From Gemmatimonadota bacterium (lineage in GTDB: Bacteria > Gemmatimonadota > Gemmatimonadetes > JACCXV01 > JAHWKZ01): a DNA stretch of 37,856 nt. Where the stretch lies: NCBI GenBank assembly GCA_035550715.1, contig DASZOP010000014.1, positions 1 to 37,856 on the forward strand, read 5' to 3'. Each line of letters begins with the position of its first letter. Position 1 is the first letter of the stretch. A program made the position numbers and the translations under genes. Below the pieces are notes generated by a model that ran no database searches, was not told where the DNA came from, and saw only the letters and a program-made list of their open reading frames with translations. Shown here in pieces: positions 32,664 through 37,856 of the stretch.

Positions 32664-33958
32664 GGGGTCGCTCCCGCGACACGGGTCATCTCCGCCACGA
32701 CCCGTCTCGCGAGCCCGGTCGAGCTGTTCCACGAGGTCACGTCCGGATAGATCTGCGTCGTCGTAGCCAGGTAGACGCGACCGGGGACCAGCTCGATCGG
32801 GGGCTTCCGCTCGCCGTAGCCGGGCGTGTAGATGGGCTCCACGAACGGGGCCCGGAAGACCCGCGTCCCCACGACGTCCTCGGCGGCGAGGTCCGGGAAG
32901 AGCTCCCGGAGCGCCGCCACGTACTCGCCGGCCAGCTCCTGGGGGTCCCGCGCGTAGAGGGGATCCGATCGATGCACGTAGTTCAGCAGGTAGACCAGGT
33001 GCAAGCCTCCGGTGTCGTTCAGGTCGATGACTCGGGTGGTCTCGACGATGCCCTGGAAGGGGGCCCCGCTGTCGACCACCGGGACCCAGTAGTAAGGCGT
33101 CAGAGAGCGCCGCAGGAGGGCAACGACGTTGACGACGCCCTGATAGTCGATCGGATGGTCGACCCGGCGCAGGGGCGCCTCGACCGCGCCTCCGGTGGTG
33201 ATCCGGCGCAGGATCTCGAAGGGGGCCGTCGTCACCACGCGGTCGAAGCGCCGGGTGGAGCCCCCCACGTCGATCCCGACCCGCCCGTCGCCGTCCAGAC
33301 CCAGCCGGTCGACGGGGGCGCCCTTCCGGAGCGTGGCGCCTCGCGCCGCCAGGGACGCCACCAGGGTCTCGGTCAGCCCGCCGTATCCCCCTCGTGGGTA
33401 CCCTTTGATCTCCTTGGTCGTCCCCTTCTCGCGACGGAAGCTGGCCCAGTACCAGAGCGCCGGGATCCCTTCGTAGGCGTCGCCGAACTTGGCCTCCAGC
33501 AGGGGGCGCCAGAACCGGTCGAAGGCGCGTTTCCCGGAGAGCTTGGTGAGCCATTCCCGGGCCGTGATCCGGTCCAGCCGGTCGGGCCTGGCGAAGGTGG
33601 ACGCCCACAGCGCGGTCACGCCCAGCCGGATCCGGTCCGGGAAGGCGGCCGCGTCGAAGCGGAGCAGGTCGACCGGCCCGCGCAGCCCGTACAGGCGCCG
33701 CCCGTGCATGAATCCGAGCGACGCGTCCCGCCAGTAGAAGCGGTCGCCGACGTCGAGCTCGTCGCAGAGCCCGAGCAGGGCCTCGTCGGAGGGGAGGACG
33801 ACGTGGTAGAAGCGGTCGAGGCGCCGGCCGCCGTGGTCGAAGGTCGAGCCGAGCCCGCCGAACTCGGGAGCGGCCTCGAACAGCTCGACCTCCGCGCCCG
33901 CCTCCAGCAGGTAGTGCGCGGCGGCGAGGCCGGCGATCCCGCCGCCGATCACGCCCAC
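32660..33958 (-). CDS. FAD/NAD(P)-binding Rossmann oxidoreductase (amine-oxidase / protoporphyrinogen-oxidase-like fold)
   Basis: 432 aa with the N-terminal dinucleotide fingerprint VGVIGGGIAGLAAAHYLLEAGAEVELFEAAPEFGG. The start is GTG at 33958. No substrate-specific motif is recognisable by eye. Confidence 0.7.
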   Translation of the reverse strand: MGVIGGGIAGLAAAHYLLEAGAEVELFEAAPEFGGLGSTFDHGGRRLDRFYHVVLPSDEALLGLCDELDVGDRFYWRDASLGFMHGRRLYGLRGPVDLLRFDAAAFPDRIRLGVTALWASTFARPDRLDRITAREWLTKLSGKRAFDRFWRPLLEAKFGDAYEGIPALWYWASFRREKGTTKEIKGYPRGGYGGLTETLVASLAARGATLRKGAPVDRLGLDGDGRVGIDVGGSTRRFDRVVTTAPFEILRRITTGGAVEAPLRRVDHPIDYQGVVNVVALLRRSLTPYYWVPVVDSGAPFQGIVETTRVIDLNDTGGLHLVYLLNYVHRSDPLYARDPQELAGEYVAALRELFPDLAAEDVVGTRVFRAPFVEPIYTPGYGERKPPIELVPGRVYLATTTQIYPDVTSWNSSTGLARRVVAEMTRVAGATP

Positions 33959-34026
33959 CCGCCCGAGCTTTCCGGACGGGGCGACCGCCCGACCGGGGCG
34001 GTTCCCCGGCTCGGCCAGCGGCAGGA

Positions 34027-34791
34027 TCAGGGCCGGGACTCCGGGCAGGCGGCGGCAAGACGGTCCCCGCGGCGGGCGCCGAGCCCGTTCGCCGTCACCA
34101 CCTTCAGGTAGCGCGGCAGGGTCCGGGCGACGCTGAGCTTGCTCGGTCCCCGTTTGCGGTCGTAGCGGAGGACGAGCGGCACTTCGCCGACCCTGGCCCC
34201 CAGCGCCGCCGACTTCAGCAACAGCTCGAACCCCGAGGCGAACCCGGCGTCCTCGACCAATCCCTCGCGGCCGTGGATGCCTACGAGTTCGGCCAGCAGC
34301 GATCCGCGGTAGGCGCGGAAGCCGGATGTGTAGTCGTGCAGCCCCTCGATCCCGATCGCGGTCCTGAACACCACGCTGGCCACCCGCGAGAGCGCCCGCC
34401 GGTAGGCGGGGACCCCGACTTCGGCCGCCCCCGGCCGGTAGCGGGACGCGACCACGAGGTCGTACCCGCCTTCGATCCCCGCCACGAGCTCCTCGATCAG
34501 GGCGGGGTCGTGGGTATCGTCGGCGTCCAGCGTCACGACGGTGCCGCCGCGGTCGGCCGCGGCCAGGAGCCCCGTCCGGAGCGCCCGTCCGTACCCTTGG
34601 TTGACAGGGTGGCGAAGAACCCGGATCGGCCGCCGTCCGGCCGCCTGCTCGGCGACCGCGGCGGTCCCGTCCGTGGAGCCGTCGTCGACCAGGATGACCT
34701 CGTGCTCGCGCGTGACGCGTTGAGCGATCCGGTCGAGCAGTTGGACGAGTCCCGCGGCCTCGTTGTACGCGGGCAGGACGATGCGGATCAC
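34027..34791 (-). CDS. Soluble GT2 glycosyltransferase, DPM1/Ppm1/ArnC-like, copy a
   Basis: 254 aa. Motifs: IVLPAYNEA, LVDDGSTDGT, VVTLDADDTHDP, GYDLVVASRY, DYTSGFRAYR, EVPLVLRYD. It is the first gene of the five-gene minus-strand glycan operon. Confidence 0.85.
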   Translation of the reverse strand: MIRIVLPAYNEAAGLVQLLDRIAQRVTREHEVILVDDGSTDGTAAVAEQAAGRRPIRVLRHPVNQGYGRALRTGLLAAADRGGTVVTLDADDTHDPALIEELVAGIEGGYDLVVASRYRPGAAEVGVPAYRRALSRVASVVFRTAIGIEGLHDYTSGFRAYRGSLLAELVGIHGREGLVEDAGFASGFELLLKSAALGARVGEVPLVLRYDRKRGPSKLSVARTLPRYLKVVTANGLGARRGDRLAAACPESRP

Positions 34792-34910
34792 GGCGGAGGG
34801 GCCCCCGGGAGCTGAAAAGCCGCTGGCGACGCGGATTACCCTATTCGCAAAAGCGGCAACTAGCGTGCCAGAGGGTCATGGCCCGGGGGCGGGGCTCCCC
34901 CGGCGTCGGG

Positions 34911-35294
34911 TCAGCCGCGCTCGATGAGCTCGATCTCGATCCCGTCCGGATCGCGGATGAAGGCGATCCGGCTCCCTCCCTCGCGGACCCGGTAGGGTCC
35001 GCGGGAGAACTCCACGCCGTGCCCACCCAGCTCCTCGCGCGCGGCGTCCAGGTCGTCGACGCCGAACGCGAAATGGCCGAACTGGTTACCCAGCTCGTAG
35101 TCGCGGCCGTCGTGGTTGAACGTCAGCTCGATCGGATGGTGCCCCGCGGCGTCGGTCAGGAAGACGAGCGTGGCGTCGGCCTTCTCCAGCACCGTGCGGC
35201 GGGCCTCCTGGAGGCCGAGCACCTGCGTGTAGAAGCGAACCGAGCGATCGAGGTCCTTGACGCGGATCATCGTGTGGAGGAGCCGTGTCTGCAT
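34911..35294 (-). CDS. gloA: Lactoylglutathione lyase (glyoxalase I)
   Basis: 127 aa. LLHTMIRVKDLDRSVRFYTQVLGL ... IELTFNHD ... GHFAFGVDD ... IAFIRDPDGIEIELIE is collinear with Ni/Zn glyoxalase I. Confidence 0.85.
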   Translation of the reverse strand: MQTRLLHTMIRVKDLDRSVRFYTQVLGLQEARRTVLEKADATLVFLTDAAGHHPIELTFNHDGRDYELGNQFGHFAFGVDDLDAAREELGGHGVEFSRGPYRVREGGSRIAFIRDPDGIEIELIERG

Positions 35295-35319
35295 GCGATC
35301 CCCTTTTCCGAGGTTCGGT

Positions 35320-36189
35320 TCAGCGGGAAGGGGCCGCGCGGTCCTGGGCCCGACGCTCCCGCCACGCCCGTACGACGTCCGCCAGATCGCCGCCCGATTC
35401 GACCTCGCGGTTGAGCGCGCGCATGCCGGCCTCGTCGAGCGCTCCCGCCAGCGCCGCCAGGCCTTCGCCGAGCCCGGGATGTCGATCCAGCGCCTGCCGC
35501 CTCACGACCGGCGCCGCCTGGTAGGGCGGAAAGTAGCGGCGGTCGTCGGCCAGCACTACGAGGTCCAGCGCGTCGATCCGGCCGTCCGTCGAGTTGGCTA
35601 CCGCGACGTCGATCTCGCGCTCGGCGAGCGCCCGGTACATGAGCCCCAGATCGAGCTGGCGGATCCCGCCGAACTCGATCCCGTACGCTTTCCGGAGCCC
35701 CGGATAGCCGTCCTCGCGGGCCATGAACTCGGGGCCGAAGCCGGCCGTCATCCGTCCGGCCACGGCGCCCAGGTCGGTGATCGTCCGGAGTTCCAGCGAC
35801 TCGGCCTCGGCCCGCCGGACCACCAGGGCGAAGGTGTTCTCGAAGCCGAGCGGGGGTCCCCACACGAGGTCCCACCGCGCGGCGTAGGCGTCCTGGACCT
35901 CGCGCAGCGCCTGGCCCGGATCCTGGATCGGCGCCCGCTTCAGGATCGCGGTCAAGGCCGTTCCGGTGTACTCGGGGTAGAGGTCGATCTCGCCGCCCAC
36001 GATGGCGTTGTGGCAGACGAACGTTCCCCCCAGGTGGAAGCGCCGCTCGACCTCGATCCCGCGCGCCTCCAGCTCCTGCGCCAGGATCTCCCCCAGGACG
36101 TCCTGCTCGGTGAAGTTCTTCGAGCCGATCACGACTTGGTCGCCCGATCCGCAGGCGAGGACGAGCAGCAGGAGGAGGGTCCTCGCCAC
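35320..36189 (-). CDS. Glycine-betaine/choline-type ABC transporter substrate-binding lipoprotein (OpuBC/OsmF-like)
   Basis: 289 aa from GTG 36189. Lipoprotein signal ARTLLLLLVLAC with a lipobox Cys. Motifs: VIGSKNFTEQDVLGEI, DLYPEYTGTAL, FENTFALVV, DALDLVVLADDRRYFPPYQAAPVV. The upstream part of the 465-aa track ORF is shadow over the permease gene. Confidence 0.8.
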   Translation of the reverse strand: MARTLLLLLVLACGSGDQVVIGSKNFTEQDVLGEILAQELEARGIEVERRFHLGGTFVCHNAIVGGEIDLYPEYTGTALTAILKRAPIQDPGQALREVQDAYAARWDLVWGPPLGFENTFALVVRRAEAESLELRTITDLGAVAGRMTAGFGPEFMAREDGYPGLRKAYGIEFGGIRQLDLGLMYRALAEREIDVAVANSTDGRIDALDLVVLADDRRYFPPYQAAPVVRRQALDRHPGLGEGLAALAGALDEAGMRALNREVESGGDLADVVRAWRERRAQDRAAPSR

Positions 36190-36191
36190 CT

Positions 36192-36863
36192 TCAGGCCGG
36201 TCGTCGCTCCACGCGCCGGTCGGCGTGACCGGCGGGAGTCACGCGCCGCTCGAGGAGGCCGAGGAGCGCGTCGGCGGACAGCGCCAGCACGGCCGCGGGC
36301 ACGGCGCCCGCCAGGATCACCGTGTCGTTCACCATGGCCAGCCCCTGGAAGATGTAGACGCCGAGGCCGCCGGCGCCGATCGCCGCGGCGATCGTGGCGA
36401 TCCCGACCGAGATCACCGTCGCCACGCGCACTCCGGACAGGATCACCGGCGCGGCCAGCGGGAGCTCGACCCGCTGGAGGAGCTGGGCAGCCGTCATCCC
36501 GAGCCCCAGGCCCGCCTCGCGAACGGCCGGATCCACGTCCCGGATGCCGGCGTGCGTCCCGCGCACGATCGGCAGCAGGGCGTAGAGGGTGAGCGCCACG
36601 ATCGCGGTCCGGGCGCCGATCCCGCCCATGAACGGGACCGGGATCAGGAACCCGAACAAGGCTAGGCTGGGGATGGTCTGAAGGACGTTGGCCGTCCCCA
36701 TGATGACCCTTTCCCACCGTCGCCGGCGGGTGGCGGCGATCCCGAGCGGGACGCCGACCAGGACGGCGACCGCCACCGCGAGGGCGACCATCGTGACGTG
36801 CTCGGCGGTCAGCCCGGCGACCTGCCCGGCGTGGTCGCGCAGGTAGCGGACGAGGTCAACCAT
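36192..36863 (-). CDS. ABC transporter permease (OpuBB/ProW-like, single copy)
   Basis: 223 aa with about 5-6 TM segments and an EAA-like loop (DVDPAVREAGLGLGMTAAQLLQRVELPLA). The ATG overlaps the ATPase 3' end by 8 nt. Confidence 0.85.
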   Translation of the reverse strand: MVDLVRYLRDHAGQVAGLTAEHVTMVALAVAVAVLVGVPLGIAATRRRRWERVIMGTANVLQTIPSLALFGFLIPVPFMGGIGARTAIVALTLYALLPIVRGTHAGIRDVDPAVREAGLGLGMTAAQLLQRVELPLAAPVILSGVRVATVISVGIATIAAAIGAGGLGVYIFQGLAMVNDTVILAGAVPAAVLALSADALLGLLERRVTPAGHADRRVERRPA

Positions 36864-37641
36864 CCGGGGTCCCGTCCAGCGTTTCGACCAGCGCCCGGAC
36901 TTCGGGGTGGCTCGAGACCAGGAAGTCCGCGGGGGTGGCGATCTCGGCCAGGCCGCCGTCGGTCAGGAGCCCGACCCGGCCCCCGATCGAAAGCGCCTCG
37001 CGGACGTCATGGGTGACGAACAGGGCCGCCTTCCCCAGCCTTCGCATGAGCACGCGGAACTCCCGCTGGAGTTCGAAGCGCGTCATCGGGTCGAGGGCGC
37101 CGAACGGCTCGTCGAGGAGGAGGAGCGGCGGGTCGGCCGCGAGCGCCCTGGCCACGCCCACCCGCTGCCGCTGGCCGCCCGAGAGCTCGTGCGGATAGCG
37201 CCGGCCGAATTCCTCGATCGGGAGCCCGACCACCGCCAGGAGCTCGGCCGCCCGCTCGGCGACGCGTCCCCTCTCCCACCCCAGCAGATCGGGCACGAGC
37301 CCGACGTTCCCGGTCACGGTGAGGTGCGGAAAGAGCCCCACCTCCTGGATCACGTAGCCGATCCTGCGGCGGAGCTCCACCGGGTCCCACTCGGTCGTCC
37401 GGCGCCCGGCGACGCGGACTTCGCCGAGGGCCGGCTCGAGCAGCCGGTTCACGAGCTTGAGGACGGTCGTCTTGCCGATCCCCGACCGGCCCACCAGGAC
37501 GACGGTCTCGTCCGTCCCCACCGAGAGCGAGAGACCGTCGAACAGCATCCGGCCGCCCGGGATCGCGTACGCGACCCGATCGAACTCCACCGCGGCGGTC
37601 GCCACGGGGGTCTCCGGCGACGAAGCGCGTCGTCGGTTCAC
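36856..37641 (-). CDS. ABC transporter ATP-binding protein (short, no C-terminal CBS/regulatory domain)
   Basis: Walker A GRSGIGKTT, Q-loop, signature LSGGQRQRVGVARAL, Walker B LLLLDEPFGALD, H-loop FVTHD. The track start is GTG 37641 with no SD. GTG 37605, preceded by GGAG, is an alternative start. Confidence 0.85.
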   Translation of the reverse strand: MNRRRASSPETPVATAAVEFDRVAYAIPGGRMLFDGLSLSVGTDETVVLVGRSGIGKTTVLKLVNRLLEPALGEVRVAGRRTTEWDPVELRRRIGYVIQEVGLFPHLTVTGNVGLVPDLLGWERGRVAERAAELLAVVGLPIEEFGRRYPHELSGGQRQRVGVARALAADPPLLLLDEPFGALDPMTRFELQREFRVLMRRLGKAALFVTHDVREALSIGGRVGLLTDGGLAEIATPADFLVSSHPEVRALVETLDGTPDG

Positions 37642-37686
37642 AAAAGGCGATGGGCCATTCTGAGCGATCCGCTAATATAGGAAGCC

Positions 37687-37856
37687 ATGCCGGGGACCAC
37701 CCGACCGGTCGCCCTCCACCTGGCCGACCCGCGAGCACCCTCCTTTCAGGAGCGCTCGGGCGATGGCTGGGTGGTGTTCGTCGACACGACCCCCACCACG
37801 GCCGAGGCCTTCGCCCACTCGGTCGCGCGTGGGCTGTCGGACCATCCGCGGTGGCT
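37687..37856 (+). CDS. 5' end (56 codons) of a possible EgtD-like SAM-dependent histidine N-alpha-methyltransferase; runs off the window
   Basis: ATG at 37687, preceded by AGGAAG. The frame stays open to the window end. The translation MPGTTRPVALHLADPRAPSFQERSGDGWVVFVDTTPTTAEAFAHSVARGLSDHPRW ends in a segment resembling the EgtD N-terminal pattern (F..DVR.GL...PK.LP.K). The fragment is very short and the call is weak. Confidence 0.3.
   Translation, partial: MPGTTRPVALHLADPRAPSFQERSGDGWVVFVDTTPTTAEAFAHSVARGLSDHPRW

Noticed and set aside
148-34111. Numerous long ORFs in the supplied track lie antisense or out of frame to the genes called here. Examples: 148-1128(-), 2638-3717(+), 4126-5763(+), 7073-8713(+), 9374-10900(+), 11278-13719(+), 14020-15591(-), 21133-23517(+), 27149-30004(+), 30564-32750(+), 32498-34111(+).
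   Set aside because: Their translations are dominated by Arg/Pro/Gly/Ala runs with no recognisable motifs. Each is shadowed by an ORF with clear family signatures on the other strand or frame. This is the expected stop-codon-poor behaviour of very GC-rich DNA.
34792-34910. Promoter and terminator signals in the gloA/GT2-a spacer: a CCGGGGG-AGCCCCG-CCCCCGG hairpin after the gloA stop, and TTGCCG / TAATCC-like hexamers upstream of GT2-a.
   Set aside because: The hairpin has no following U-tract, and the hexamers have poor spacing (14-15 nt) and weak matches. The evidence is not strong enough to annotate.
1-37856. A scan by eye for CRISPR-like regularly spaced repeats, long inverted or terminal repeats, IS elements, phage genes, toxin-antitoxin pairs, and known defence-system hallmarks (for example reverse transcriptase, large standalone ATPase/nuclease pairs, cyclase/effector pairs).
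   Set aside because: I recognised none. The only helicase/nuclease/ATPase genes (recQ, xseAB, recN, lon) are canonical housekeeping versions in conserved contexts.

Overview
This is a very GC-rich bacterial chromosomal segment. Third codon positions are almost always G/C, and long Arg/Pro/Gly-rich shadow ORFs appear in antisense and off-frames. I did not compute GC content. I support 36 CDSs, and all but two are on the minus strand.

Left to right:
- 1-117: the 5' end of an SDR gene.
- 264-3543: a metal-handling trio, namely a ZIP permease with an extra N-terminal domain, a Tat-exported two-domain multicopper oxidase, and a CDF exporter.
- 3607-5697: a large polyprenyl-phosphate sugar-phosphotransferase with an unassigned C-terminal extension of about 180 aa.
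- 5950-6033: tRNA-Leu(UAA), plus strand.
- 6041-25678: an uninterrupted, co-directional housekeeping array of about 19.6 kb. Gene order is lon, pgsA, recN, nadK, dxs, recQ, ispA, xseB, xseA, folD, tdk, ymdB, an approximately 190-nt structured non-coding element (6S-RNA-like), zapA, a zapB-like gene, pheT, pheS, rplT, rpmI, infC. Many junctions are 4-nt start/stop overlaps (ATGA/GTGA/TTGA).
- 25959-34791: an accessory glycan-modification cluster. It contains wecB, a GT-C membrane glycosyltransferase, a Gfo/Idh/MocA oxidoreductase, two paralogous soluble GT2 polyprenyl-phosphate glycosyltransferases, an in-frame NodB-deacetylase::DegT-aminotransferase fusion, and an FAD Rossmann oxidoreductase.
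- 34911-37641: gloA and a three-gene betaine-type ABC importer.
- 37687-37856: a divergently transcribed gene whose first 56 codons resemble EgtD-type methyltransferases.

I found no CRISPR array, transposase, integrase, phage genes, toxin-antitoxin pair or recognisable defence genes. The best candidate for something undescribed is the Arn-like but rewired lipid-linked aminosugar cluster with its deacetylase-aminotransferase fusion. Secondary items are the 6S-like RNA downstream of zapA, the ATC-initiated infC, and the multicopper oxidase (MCO) gene translationally coupled to a ZIP permease. All functional calls come from reading motifs by eye; no database search was run.
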